Positions 7,871-17,922 of a stretch of DNA of 64,000 nt are shown one piece after another. The stretch is taken from contig CAZXGG010000005.1 in the NCBI GenBank assembly GCA_964640125.1, positions 11,416 to 75,415 on the forward strand, in the 5' to 3' direction. A program made the translations under genes and the position numbers. This stretch comes from an uncultured Rikenellaceae bacterium (lineage in GTDB: Bacteria; Bacteroidota; Bacteroidia; Bacteroidales; VadinHA17). The notes beneath the pieces were generated by a model. It worked only from the letters and a program-made list of their open reading frames with translations, had not been told where the DNA came from and made no database searches. How positions within the stretch are numbered: position 1 is the first letter of the stretch; every line of letters begins with the position of its first letter.

Positions 7871-9532
7871 CTATTCCCGTGAATTCAATCTGAAATCTGC
7901 CCTGATCGCCAGGTTAAAATCAATCGTATAATAGGAAAATATTTTAACCGGTGGTTGTCCCAGATCGGTCGTTACCAGATCTGCGCACAATTTTATGTAT
8001 TTCACCGGTTTGAGTTTGTCCAGATCATCTTTTTCAATAACAATTTCAGTGACCTTATTTTCAGGACTGGTTATTCTGCCATCCGCATCCAGGTTTTCCG
8101 GATCAGAACCGAGGATCCGTTCCGGGCTGTCAAACAGGGAGTCAACCAGGGTGTAGAGTTCATCCAGGAAATAGACCTGAAGATCAATGTCGAGTGGCAA
8201 CCAGTTATCCACCTCAACCCTGAAGGTCAGGCTATTTATATGATCAGATGCATCGCCAAAATCCTCTTCAAAGTCAAAATCCAGGGAGTCTTCTTCAAAG
8301 GATAATCCACTGGCTGATAACCAGAGGGGGACCACGACTTCATAATCAACATCGATCCGGCTGGTATCCAGCACGAAATGATTTCTTTCTGATGCACTGC
8401 CCGGATCAGCTGAGGCCCTAACCCCATAGGTTATCAGGTCCGGTTTTATTTCAATGGCATCAGCAATGTTGCTGTTCTCACCGGAAACGGTAAACACGGT
8501 AAATTTCGATTGTCCGATCTCAGTGAGGGAAGGTGCCTCTATGATAAATGGCATATAACCGGGATCAAATGCAATATCAACCATCTGTCCTGACTCGGTT
8601 GAGGTTCCGCTCAGATTAAATAGTTCTCCCTGAATGGGAACCCCGAATGAATTCCGAATGTTGAAAATAAACTGGGGATTTTCAAACCGGATGTTCCCTT
8701 CCGGAAATTCTTCAAAAAATTCCAGTTCAATCTCCCCACTATCCGACAGGAACTGATAATCACCAATGTATCCAAACGCTGCAAAAAAGTCGAGGTTTGC
8801 AAAGTCCATGGTGATTTCGCATGTTTCTCCTGCGTTAATTGGTGCCCCGGAGTTGATCAGTTTTAGCTCAAAATTCACGGGCAAAAGAGTAGTATCGGGT
8901 TGGGAATTATCAAAATAGAGGTCGTATCCGGCTACGTCGATCAGCTTATTCATGCTGAACGATCCATCTGCTGAACTGATCTGAACCACTTCTTCAAACG
9001 GCACATCCCCGTTCATGATGTAATCGGAGGTAATGGTCAGGATACCCAAATGGTGAAACTGGGATGTCACCGATAAATTGAGGTCCCCCTGTTTCAGATA
9101 AATGCTGTCAAGTTTACCGCCGTTTTCAATGGCAAACTTAAAATTCTTCACTTTGTTATAGGTCAGGGTATCACCAACGCCGCTGCCCAGGAATTCCGGA
9201 GTGGTAATTTCCGAATCGATATAGATCTGCAAAAAATTCTGTGGTTTAATGGTAACCAGACCACTTGCAATTTCTGAAATGAGTGAATCCGAATAGGTAA
9301 AATGGATAAGGAATTCATCGTCAACAAATGTATATCCCTCCGTATCATATTCTTCAATGATCTCATCGAGTGACAAATTCGCCTGTATAACAGGTCCCAT
9401 GAAATTCGGAGACCATTCGACTTCGTCGGCAAGTTTATCCATGTCATAATTCTTCACACAGGAAATGGGTATAAAAAAGATTAGAAGAGCGACCAGAATG
9501 ACTGGAATGTATGGCTTTTTCATCTGTTTCAT
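7871..9532 (-). CDS. Predicted lipoprotein of unknown function
   Basis: 553 aa with a signal peptide ending in a lipobox-like IPISC. Acidic and beta-rich. A 9-nt gap separates it from the downstream barrel gene. Confidence 0.6.
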   Translation of the reverse strand: MKQMKKPYIPVILVALLIFFIPISCVKNYDMDKLADEVEWSPNFMGPVIQANLSLDEIIEEYDTEGYTFVDDEFLIHFTYSDSLISEIASGLVTIKPQNFLQIYIDSEITTPEFLGSGVGDTLTYNKVKNFKFAIENGGKLDSIYLKQGDLNLSVTSQFHHLGILTITSDYIMNGDVPFEEVVQISSADGSFSMNKLIDVAGYDLYFDNSQPDTTLLPVNFELKLINSGAPINAGETCEITMDFANLDFFAAFGYIGDYQFLSDSGEIELEFFEEFPEGNIRFENPQFIFNIRNSFGVPIQGELFNLSGTSTESGQMVDIAFDPGYMPFIIEAPSLTEIGQSKFTVFTVSGENSNIADAIEIKPDLITYGVRASADPGSASERNHFVLDTSRIDVDYEVVVPLWLSASGLSFEEDSLDFDFEEDFGDASDHINSLTFRVEVDNWLPLDIDLQVYFLDELYTLVDSLFDSPERILGSDPENLDADGRITSPENKVTEIVIEKDDLDKLKPVKYIKLCADLVTTDLGQPPVKIFSYYTIDFNLAIRADFRLNSRE

Positions 9533-9555
9533 CGTCAGTTACTATTAAAGATTAT

Positions 9556-12327
9556 TTATTGTACGGAATAGTTGTACAAAAAGTTATCCTCATTGCCTAC
9601 GATCAGGTTAAATGTACTTCCGGATGATTTAAATCTGCCAATGGAGAAGAGGGTGCTCCCGGTTAAAGGGAAGCCAGTATAGAGTTCACCATCGTTGTTA
9701 ATCAGGTAAATCCGGTTTCCCTGACGGGAGACTATCCCGATTTTTTTGTTGGTCGTGGAAAAGGTATAACACACCGGTTTCAAATCAATATCTTCATCAA
9801 AATCATATGAAAACATTTTGGACCTGTTTTGTGAGAACACCTCCAGGCGTCCCTGATCCAGAAAGACCAGATCATTGGATCCGTCACCATCCATATCCTC
9901 CAGATCGAAAAAGTGATCTGCTGAATATTCTTTGATCTTCAGGGTTTCTATTCGTCCGGAAAAGGAGATGAAGTGAACTGTTCCTGCAGTATCGGTTATC
10001 GCCATTCTGGGGTTGCTGCTACCTGGCGGATAGTCAAGACAAATGTTATTCCTTTTCGATTTTGGGATCACCTGATTTAGTTTTTCTCGTGTATTCCCTC
10101 TCCGGTCCACGATATAGATCTTCAACTGATCAGCAAAAACAATATAATCCCTGTTGCTGATCCTGAAATGTTGAATTTCAGAGGTTACTTTGCTTTCTGT
10201 ACCCTTAAACGACCATCCCTTAACAATATTCCCCTCCTTTGAATAGACATATACATTTTGATCTTCACCGGCTACAAAGATGCGATAATCTCTGGACTTA
10301 TCATAATCGAAGACCGATATTGGATTGGTGGCTTTTGCCCGGAGATTAACCGGATACCGTTCCACGTAATTGCCATTGCGGTCAATCAGATGGATCTTGC
10401 TTCGGGTATTGAACAGCAGTTGCAACTTGTTGTTTTTGTAATAATCGATCTGATACACATTCCCTATGATTTTTTCGCTTATCGGCACTTTCCAGAGGAC
10501 CCTTCCTGCGGAATTGATCAGATAAATGTTGTTCCGGTTATCCTGAATAAAAATCTCATTATCGTGTGTGTAATGATTCTCTACAAATTGTGGTTTAAAT
10601 GATATGCTTGTATCCAGAAGGCTTTCCCAGACCGTTAATGCCTCCTCTTTGAAGAGGGGTTGAAATTTTACGAAAACATTATTATATGCCATGGAATGAT
10701 CGACTGAAAACTGTATGCCCAGTCCCTGCAGTTTTCGAAGTGGGGCAACATGTTCCTCGATCCCGTCTGAAAGGGTGGAAGGAATGTAGGGAGACACTAC
10801 GGTTTGTAATCTGGGAATATCGATATAGAGGTGAAAATTGGACCTGGAAGAGAGGTTTTCAGCAAACTCCCTGTATGAAAGGTCGCTCTGAAGTGTTTTT
10901 CGGAGAATGTTTTGATGAACCAACCTGGATAAAGTCTGAGCTGAATTGCCAAAAAAGAGGTAATTATCAACGAAAGTAAAATGGGTAAATTCGGCCTTTC
11001 CAAACAATTTCCCAAACAGCGTTTCCGGTAATGATGGAACAGGAAACTGATAGACAGGGAACTCGGTCTCTGCATCAATCCTGTAGCGGCTAAAATACCG
11101 GGAAAGATTCTGATTCTTCTTCTGGGCATAGCTCCGGATCAGATTTACGAGAGCTTCCTCTGCTTCACTCCTGCTTCGCGTTTTGAAAAATAGCAGGCTG
11201 TTTTGTGCCCGGGTAAAATTCTTGATATCCATCAGGGCAATGCCCATTTCATCTTCCAGCAATGAATAAAACACCTCCTGCACATCCTGGTCAAACAGAT
11301 CCTGCATCCGTGTTACCTCATTTCGATAGGCGTTTATTTTTCCTGTCTCTTTTAACAATTGTTCGTAGCGAACCTGAAATTCCTGGAAGTCTGTGATCCC
11401 CAAATCGAGAAAAGCAATTGTATTTGCCGGAAGTACCTCTTCAACTTGTAACATAGGCGCAGCCTGGTTATTCAAAAGATTGAGCCATGAAGTGGTCGAG
11501 TCGCTTCCAAATGAAAATCCATTCAGCAGAATATTGTTCTCCTTGATATTGACATCCAGTTCAGCCCATTCGCCAACAGAAACGGATTCCTTAACCACGG
11601 AACGATATTGGTCATTTAAAAGAAGAGAAAATAAATCCGGTATCCGTTCGAAATTAACATAGAGGTTGGCATCTACATTTTTACCTGCCGTTCCCGATAC
11701 TTTCCTGAATCCATAGGAATCGATAATCCGTTCATCCAATTCAATCTGACGCAAGGCACGTTCCAGCAGTATGGTGGATGAGCTGATTATGAATAACCTG
11801 TTGGAAACCGCGTATGAGAAACCGCTATCGCCGTTTCCTTTACCTGCGCCAATTTGAAAGATTTTTATCCGGTTGTACTCTTTCTGCGTAATGGATCTGT
11901 CCCCAATCAGATCGCCGACCAGATCCTGGATCTGCTTGTCATTTATCCCCTGCGGAATTTTTATTATCCAGATCAAACCAACTTTGTTTTTCCCGGTCTG
12001 ATGTGCTGAGACATAAAGAGAATTCCGTTGAATGAGTTCTTTGCATGTTTGAACATTTTGGATGATTGAATCCAAAAGGAGCATCTGCCGGTCAATCCGC
12101 TCTATTCCCTTGAAATGCATGAGTTCCTTCCAAATCTTATTTTCCTGATTCACTTTGTGAATGAATCCCTCAAAATCATTCGTTTCAAAAATTAATGCGG
12201 CATCCACGGGTACCGCTCTCAAAGCATCCAGGGCAGCATCACCGGATCTGTTCAGTAGAAGGTAACCAACGATAATGAGTGCTATTACCAGGGCTGAACC
12301 GGATACAGCATAGAGCGTTTTAGACAT
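9556..12327 (-). CDS. Large N-terminally membrane-anchored protein with a C-terminal beta-propeller/FG-GAP-like region (possibly DUF3352-like N-terminus)
   Basis: 923 aa with one N-terminal TM (SALVIALIIVGYLLL). The C-terminal third has repeated strand motifs and a Ca-binding-like DMDGDGSNDLVF loop. A 23-nt gap separates it from the lipoprotein gene. Confidence 0.6.
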   Translation of the reverse strand: MSKTLYAVSGSALVIALIIVGYLLLNRSGDAALDALRAVPVDAALIFETNDFEGFIHKVNQENKIWKELMHFKGIERIDRQMLLLDSIIQNVQTCKELIQRNSLYVSAHQTGKNKVGLIWIIKIPQGINDKQIQDLVGDLIGDRSITQKEYNRIKIFQIGAGKGNGDSGFSYAVSNRLFIISSSTILLERALRQIELDERIIDSYGFRKVSGTAGKNVDANLYVNFERIPDLFSLLLNDQYRSVVKESVSVGEWAELDVNIKENNILLNGFSFGSDSTTSWLNLLNNQAAPMLQVEEVLPANTIAFLDLGITDFQEFQVRYEQLLKETGKINAYRNEVTRMQDLFDQDVQEVFYSLLEDEMGIALMDIKNFTRAQNSLLFFKTRSRSEAEEALVNLIRSYAQKKNQNLSRYFSRYRIDAETEFPVYQFPVPSLPETLFGKLFGKAEFTHFTFVDNYLFFGNSAQTLSRLVHQNILRKTLQSDLSYREFAENLSSRSNFHLYIDIPRLQTVVSPYIPSTLSDGIEEHVAPLRKLQGLGIQFSVDHSMAYNNVFVKFQPLFKEEALTVWESLLDTSISFKPQFVENHYTHDNEIFIQDNRNNIYLINSAGRVLWKVPISEKIIGNVYQIDYYKNNKLQLLFNTRSKIHLIDRNGNYVERYPVNLRAKATNPISVFDYDKSRDYRIFVAGEDQNVYVYSKEGNIVKGWSFKGTESKVTSEIQHFRISNRDYIVFADQLKIYIVDRRGNTREKLNQVIPKSKRNNICLDYPPGSSNPRMAITDTAGTVHFISFSGRIETLKIKEYSADHFFDLEDMDGDGSNDLVFLDQGRLEVFSQNRSKMFSYDFDEDIDLKPVCYTFSTTNKKIGIVSRQGNRIYLINNDGELYTGFPLTGSTLFSIGRFKSSGSTFNLIVGNEDNFLYNYSVQ

Positions 12328-12449
12328 GACAGATAGTAAAAATGTAGTACATCACCAAATGTAAAAAAATAATTTCATACCTGAAAAGAAACAAAAATTA
12401 AGGTATTTTTAAAGTCAGTATATTCATATTCCTGATAACCTTTACGATC

Positions 12450-13370
12450 ATGCACAGCATCATTCTAAAATCAACCCTTCTACTACTTTGGTTACAGTTA
12501 ACAAACCACCAATGTGTTGGCAATCGATTTACCAGTGGAGGCTTTGAGGAAGATACCCTTATCGGACCTTCTGAAGGAGCACTGGTGATTGTTGGTGGGG
12601 CTATGAAGGATTCTACCATTACCCTGACATTTATTGAATTGGCAGGAGGAATGGATGCCCCGATGGTTGTAATACCTACAGCCAGCGGACAGGAGGATCC
12701 TGACCCTGAAAGGGTAACTCGCTTTCTTACACGCCTGGGTGCAACCAATGTCAGGATGGTTCATACGACAGATCCCACTATGGCTGACACAGAAGAATTC
12801 GTAAAACCGATCAGGGAAGCCCGTGGAGTCTGGTTTGGCGGTGGCAGACAATGGAGAATTGTGGATGCCTACGGAGGAACACTCGCTGAAACAGAATTCC
12901 GAAAGGTGCTTGAGCGCGGGGGTGTGATCGGAGGAAGCTCTGCCGGTGCAACCATTCAGGGAAGCTATCTGGCAAGGGGTGATACCAAAGCAAACACCAT
13001 CATGATGGGGGATCATGAAAGAGGATTTAACTACCTGAAAAAATCAGCCATTGATCAGCACCTGTTAAAACGAAACCGTCAATTCGATCTGATCGAAATC
13101 ATTGAGGCTCATCCCGATCTGCTGGGAATCGGTTTGGACGAAAACACAGCCATTGTGGTACAGGGAAACACCATGGAAGTCATCGGACAAAGCTACGTTG
13201 CCATATTCGATTATACCCTCTGGGAACAAAATCTTAGGGATGACACAGACCCATTGTTAGAAAATGGGTGTAAATTCTTCCTGCTTGCACCCGGTGATAA
13301 ATACGATCTCTACCGCAGGAAGGCAATCCATCTGGTTGGCACTGATCGGGGGGTTCCTGCCAGGGAATAG
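12450..13370 (+). CDS. Secreted peptidase S51 family, cyanophycinase-like
   Basis: Signal-like N-terminus. GGVIGGSSAGATIQG nucleophile-elbow motif typical of S51 (cyanophycinase/peptidase E). 306 aa. Confidence 0.7.
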   Translation: MHSIILKSTLLLLWLQLTNHQCVGNRFTSGGFEEDTLIGPSEGALVIVGGAMKDSTITLTFIELAGGMDAPMVVIPTASGQEDPDPERVTRFLTRLGATNVRMVHTTDPTMADTEEFVKPIREARGVWFGGGRQWRIVDAYGGTLAETEFRKVLERGGVIGGSSAGATIQGSYLARGDTKANTIMMGDHERGFNYLKKSAIDQHLLKRNRQFDLIEIIEAHPDLLGIGLDENTAIVVQGNTMEVIGQSYVAIFDYTLWEQNLRDDTDPLLENGCKFFLLAPGDKYDLYRRKAIHLVGTDRGVPARE

Positions 13371-13396
13371 TAGGTTTTAACCTGTTAACCATTAAC

Positions 13397-15355
13397 TTAC
13401 CTTATCGTTTCCAGAAATTCGAACCAGGTTTTATACCTGTTTTTCTGGTTTTCCAATCCCTTTATTCCATGTCCCTGCCCTTCATATTCGACCAACTTAA
13501 ATTCCTTGCCATATTTGGCCAGACTGTCAGCCATCTGCCGGCTACCCTCAATCGGTACCCTGCTGTCGTTTGTCCCATGAGTGAGCAACAGCTTGCCCTT
13601 CGATTTATCTGCATGATACAGTGGTGATCTGTCATTCAATTTTTCAACTTCAGTCTCCGGATCTCCGGCTTCCAAAACAACCCAATCCGGGATATTGCAA
13701 TGTTCATAAAAATGGATGATGTCTGAAAATCCGGCATGGCTGATTCCAAAACCCCAATCGAAATGTGCTTTATTGCCGTTTATTTCACCGGGGAAAGTCA
13801 GAAGCCTCATGGTAGCATATCCTCCATGGCTGGCTCCGAAAACACCGATTCGTGAAGGAGGGATTCCAAGCCTCTTCGAGATATATTGCCCTGCACAAAT
13901 GATATCAATGATTTCATTCCCGCCAAGGTCTTTATCATTCAGGGAGGAAAACTCCCTTCCAAAACCATCACATCCCCTGGGCGAAGGACTCAAAACGTAT
14001 ATGCCAGCCTCTGCCAGGATCTGGATCTGTGTACTGAAATGGTTTCCTCCTCCATAAAACGACTCGATCATGACCATTGCTTCTTCTTCCGGCAGGGGAT
14101 TTTCCGGTGTATATAAAAAAGCATGCAGCATCCTGGTTCCCCCTGTGTCCGGATCGGTGTCAAAAGTTGGGTAATCTATTTTTTCTACCGTTGCATGGGT
14201 TATCTTGTTCCTGTACTCTTCCGGAAGTTCGAGAACCGGTGTAAAATTGAATCGGTTGGGAGTCACCTCCAGTTCATCAATCCTGAAAAACTGACTGGCC
14301 GAAGTACCGGAAACAAGCAGCCTGTTCTCCTCGGAATCATACATGCCAAGATGCCTGTCAATCTTTTGCTGATTGACAATCGTTCCCGTTTCCGGTTCAA
14401 TCAGAAACATCTCATTCTCAATCGGATTACTGACGACAGCAAAAATGTATTTTTTCCCTTCTATGGTTATCATTTCATAAGAGGTTAGATCCATGCTGAA
14501 GTCGGTAAGTACTTTCGACTCCATTGTCCTGATATTACATGAATAGAGGTTATAAAATCCGTTTTCATTGGAGAAATATATAAATTCCTCATTGTTAAGC
14601 CACTCCTTGTATGGGTCAGGAAAATCTCTGGGTATTTCAGAATTTGTAAGCAGTGTCCATTTTCCGGTATTGAATTCAACATAGACCAGGTTGCCATAGG
14701 TCCGGTCAGCATGTTTCAAGACATTACAAACAATTCCTTTCCCTTCCGGCTGCCAGCTGATATCGGTCCAGGTAAACCGGTACTCCGGATTATCCCGTAT
14801 GATGGTTTTTTCTTCCATGGTCGTAAGATCAAGTATCCTCAGTTCACCAAGCCTGTTTTCCATATGACCCAGCCGGGTAACAAAGGCGATCTTATCCTGG
14901 TTCTTGTTCCACCGTGCCCCAAAAATGTAGGGAACGTCAGTGAGCTTTTCTACTGATTTATCTTCAGGATTTAACCGGTATAAATTGAGTATTTCGTCAT
15001 TCACCTCATCTCCCACCCAGTAAAGGAAACCATCCGTTTTTCTGAATCTCATTCCCCATGCGTTCCGTGTCGAAAAGTCTATACCTGATATGATTTCCCC
15101 ATTTTCCAGGTTGAAATCTCCGTCCAGATCAACCTGTTTTAACATAGTAATGGAATCCTGATGAAAATAGTACAGTTTCCCGGCGTCATAATATGGAGAA
15201 AAACCACTGTATGGGAATCCTTCAAAATAGGGTGTAAGGTCAATCTCTCTCCCCTTGAACATAACCGCATTGGCGTTGTCAGTTGGAGCTGAAGTACAGC
15301 TGGTTACAAGGACTGCAATGCACAGGACGGTGTTTAATGGCGTGTCTTTTTTCAT
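13397..15355 (-). CDS. S9 family serine peptidase (prolyl oligopeptidase/dipeptidyl peptidase type) with N-terminal beta-propeller
   Basis: GVFGASHGGY (GxSxGG), THGTNDSRVP (Asp) and GQGHGI (His) form the catalytic triad context. Lipoprotein-like signal (VTSC). Confidence 0.85.
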   Translation of the reverse strand: MKKDTPLNTVLCIAVLVTSCTSAPTDNANAVMFKGREIDLTPYFEGFPYSGFSPYYDAGKLYYFHQDSITMLKQVDLDGDFNLENGEIISGIDFSTRNAWGMRFRKTDGFLYWVGDEVNDEILNLYRLNPEDKSVEKLTDVPYIFGARWNKNQDKIAFVTRLGHMENRLGELRILDLTTMEEKTIIRDNPEYRFTWTDISWQPEGKGIVCNVLKHADRTYGNLVYVEFNTGKWTLLTNSEIPRDFPDPYKEWLNNEEFIYFSNENGFYNLYSCNIRTMESKVLTDFSMDLTSYEMITIEGKKYIFAVVSNPIENEMFLIEPETGTIVNQQKIDRHLGMYDSEENRLLVSGTSASQFFRIDELEVTPNRFNFTPVLELPEEYRNKITHATVEKIDYPTFDTDPDTGGTRMLHAFLYTPENPLPEEEAMVMIESFYGGGNHFSTQIQILAEAGIYVLSPSPRGCDGFGREFSSLNDKDLGGNEIIDIICAGQYISKRLGIPPSRIGVFGASHGGYATMRLLTFPGEINGNKAHFDWGFGISHAGFSDIIHFYEHCNIPDWVVLEAGDPETEVEKLNDRSPLYHADKSKGKLLLTHGTNDSRVPIEGSRQMADSLAKYGKEFKLVEYEGQGHGIKGLENQKNRYKTWFEFLETIR

Positions 15356-15520
15356 TTCTGTAAGGTCTTGTATTATCTTTTTTAAATCTACTAAATATTT
15401 CTAAGATTAAAGTTCCTTTTTCTACCTTTAACCCGTTCAACAGGACCCATGACCGATCATAGCAACGATACCAAAACGCATCCAACCAACAAAAAGCAGA
15501 ACACCATAAGAAAAGCAACG

Positions 15521-16159
15521 ATGGAAAATTTCAAATCCATTATCTGGGACTGGAACGGTACACTGCTGGACGATGTGGATATATGCATAGAATCCATCAA
15601 TTTCTCTCTTGGTAAAAGGGATCTGCCACTGCTTACAAAGAAAAAATACCAGGAGATCTTTACCTTTCCCGTGGTTGAATACTATGAGAAAGCCGGATTT
15701 GATTTTTCAAAAAACTCGTTTAATGAATTGTCGCATGAATTCATAGGACACTATCTCGAGAAACTGAAGGGGGCAAATCTCCATCAGGATGTGGAGGATA
15801 TCCTCTTTGAATTTGATAAAAAGGGGTACCGTCAATTCATTCTCTCCGCGATGGAACAGACAACCCTGGTGGATTCAGTCAGGCGCTTCAACATTGAGAA
15901 GTATTTCAGTAAAATCCAGGGAACCGGCGACATCTATGCTTACGGTAAACTGCACAATGCAAAAATCCTGATGGAAACATCCGGGCAGGATCCTGCCACC
16001 ACCTGCCTGATCGGTGATACCCTTCACGACCTTGAAGTAGCAAAACAGCTCAAATGCCATTGCCTGTTAATATCCTCCGGACATCAGTCTCACGCACGGC
16101 TCAAAAAAAAATACCACCGGGTGGCACATTCGATTAAAGAGGTGTTCGCCTTTTGCTAA
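15521..16159 (+). CDS. HAD-superfamily hydrolase (phosphoglycolate phosphatase-like)
   Basis: Motif I-like IIWDWNGTLLDD and motif IV GDTLHD. The likely start is the Met at 15521 (MENFKSII); the ORF track extends to 15449. Confidence 0.75.
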   Translation: MENFKSIIWDWNGTLLDDVDICIESINFSLGKRDLPLLTKKKYQEIFTFPVVEYYEKAGFDFSKNSFNELSHEFIGHYLEKLKGANLHQDVEDILFEFDKKGYRQFILSAMEQTTLVDSVRRFNIEKYFSKIQGTGDIYAYGKLHNAKILMETSGQDPATTCLIGDTLHDLEVAKQLKCHCLLISSGHQSHARLKKKYHRVAHSIKEVFAFC

Positions 16160-16239
16160 TCGCTTTCAGGTAAGTGATACTACACTCTATCCGGGAAACC
16201 AGAATAATAATTTGTGCGGAAATTACACCCAATGATTTT

Positions 16240-16254
16240 TGGCACCAATTTTGT
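16240..16254 (+). promoter_or_regulatory. Sigma-54-type -24/-12 element (TGGCAC-N5-TTGT)
   Basis: TGGCACCAATTTTGT has the GG-N10-G(T) spacing of RpoN promoters. It is intergenic, with no CDS downstream before the hairpin at 16308. Confidence 0.3.
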
Positions 16255-16307
16255 ACAACTATTTACAACAGGCAATCTTAACATATACTTGAAGAATTTT
16301 TCAGGGC

Positions 16308-16339
16308 AGCCAGGTGAATAACCTGGCTTTATTTTTTTA
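16308..16339 (+). terminator. Rho-independent terminator
   Basis: AGCCAGGT-GAATA-ACCTGGCT 8-bp stem followed by TTATTTTTTT, between the convergent HAD and trpS genes. Confidence 0.7.
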
Positions 16340-16344
16340 TCCGT

Positions 16345-17337
16345 TTAGACAAAGGGTTTGAACCCGATGATTTCACGTACTTCCCTGAGTGTTTTTGAGG
16401 CACTTTCCCGGGCTTTTTCAGCTCCTTCACGGACTACCCTGGCAAGATAGGATTCGTCTTTGTAGATTGCAATGATCTTTTCACGGATGGGTGCAGTAAA
16501 TGTTATAATGTCTTCAGCTAACTGCTTTTTCATCTCTCCATACTGTATTTCACACCGGTTATATTGATCAGTAAAATGGGTCAGTGTATCGGTATCAGAG
16601 ATGACCTCCATCAGGGTAAAAAGATTCTGTACCGGTTCACTCATTTTCTGGTTCTCTTTTGCAGGTCCCTTATCGGTAACCGCCTTCATCACCTTTCTTC
16701 TGATCGATTCCGGTTCTTCTGCGAGAAAAATCCCATTCCCTTCCGATTTACCCATTTTACCGGTTCCATCCAGACCCGGAATTTTTATCAATGCCTCCCC
16801 AAAATTATAGGGTGACGGTTCAGGAAAATAATCCACCTTATACATGTGATTAAACCGCTTTGTAAACTTTCTTGTCATTTCAAGATTCTGTTCCTGGTCT
16901 TTGCCCACAGGCACCTTGGCGGCTTTATGAATAATAATATCTGCAGCCATCAATACTGGATAGGTCAATAAACCTGCATTCACATTATCAGGCTGTAACC
17001 TGACCTTCTCCTTGAACGTAGTTGTTCGTTCAAGCTCTCCGATGTAGGCAATCATATTCATCAACAAATACAATTCTGTAACCTGCGGAAGGTCACTCTG
17101 CAGGTATACCGTAGCAATTTCGGGATCAATACCACATGCAAGGTACTCTGACAAGACTTGCCGGACGTTATCGTGCAGATTTTCAGGTGTGGGATGGGTC
17201 GTCAGAGAATGAAAATCTGCAATGAAGAAGAAGCACTGATTTTCCGTCTGCATTTTAACAAAATTTCGGATCGCTCCAAAGTAATTTCCCAGGTGAAGAT
17301 TCCCTGTTGATCGTATGCCGCTGACTACAATATCCAT
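16345..17337 (-). CDS. trpS: Tryptophan--tRNA ligase
   Basis: Class I signatures GNLHLGNYFGA (HIGH-like) and KMGKS (KMSKS). 330 aa, typical TrpS length. Confidence 0.95.
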   Translation of the reverse strand: MDIVVSGIRSTGNLHLGNYFGAIRNFVKMQTENQCFFFIADFHSLTTHPTPENLHDNVRQVLSEYLACGIDPEIATVYLQSDLPQVTELYLLMNMIAYIGELERTTTFKEKVRLQPDNVNAGLLTYPVLMAADIIIHKAAKVPVGKDQEQNLEMTRKFTKRFNHMYKVDYFPEPSPYNFGEALIKIPGLDGTGKMGKSEGNGIFLAEEPESIRRKVMKAVTDKGPAKENQKMSEPVQNLFTLMEVISDTDTLTHFTDQYNRCEIQYGEMKKQLAEDIITFTAPIREKIIAIYKDESYLARVVREGAEKARESASKTLREVREIIGFKPFV

Positions 17338-17479
17338 AAGATGGAAACGTTAGGTTGTATGACCGATGTAGAGCTTCCCCTGTATGGGCAGTGCTCATTT
17401 CAGTGCAAAGCTAAAAAATTTCTTAAAACCCCCGATAAAGTATTACCTTTACTCCCTCTATCTGATTTTTATCGTAACC

Positions 17480-17818
17480 ATGGAATCAACGCGGCAAAAA
17501 AAGGTAGCCAGGCTCGTACAGAAAGAGTTAGGAAATTATTTTCAACAAGGATCTTCTTCGCTTTCGCCGGGAAGGATTATCACGGTCACGGTGGTCAGGA
17601 TCAGCCCCGACCTCTCTCTTGCAAAAGTCTATCTCAGCATTTTCCCGTCGGACAATATAACGAAGGTTCTTCAAACCATTTTGAATAATCGAAAGGTCAT
17701 CCGCCATGAACTGGGGAAAAAAATCAGGCATCAACTCCGTGTTGTTCCTGAACTGGCCTTTTTCGTGGATGACACCCTGGACTATGTTGATAACATTGAA
17801 GAATTATTAAAAAAGTAA
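17480..17818 (+). CDS. rbfA: Ribosome-binding factor A
   Basis: MESTRQKKVARLVQKELGNYFQ... and ...RHQLRVVPELAFFVDDT are typical of RbfA. The start is taken at ATG 17480 inside the longer tracked ORF. Confidence 0.85.
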   Translation: MESTRQKKVARLVQKELGNYFQQGSSSLSPGRIITVTVVRISPDLSLAKVYLSIFPSDNITKVLQTILNNRKVIRHELGKKIRHQLRVVPELAFFVDDTLDYVDNIEELLKK

Positions 17819-17884
17819 GAACAAACATCGTAAATAAAATAGATGCGCTAAAAAGCATTTTAATTCAGCCTTAGCCTTCTTCGT

Positions 17885-17908
17885 CTGCCGAAGCCTTGGC
17901 GAAGGCAG
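17885..17908 (+). terminator. Imperfect GC-rich hairpin after rbfA (possible terminator)
   Basis: CTGCC...GGCAG outer stem with an inner GCC/GGC pairing, followed by a T-rich stretch. It overlaps the TTG start proposed by the ORF track, which favours ATG 17923 for the next gene. Confidence 0.3.
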
Positions 17909-17922
17909 AAGCTTTATTATTC

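Noticed and set aside
12398-13016. Minus-strand ORFs (116, 172 and 60 aa) overlapping the S51 peptidase gene
   Set aside because: They are antisense shadows of a well-supported CDS, and their translations lack motifs. The same reasoning applies to other antisense or alternate-frame ORFs. Examples are 2096-2458, 3422-3703, 4638-5021, 5388-5699, 6189-6440, 10258-11662, 29546-30684, 37171-38479, 50315-50833, 55658-57475 and 59634-63275.
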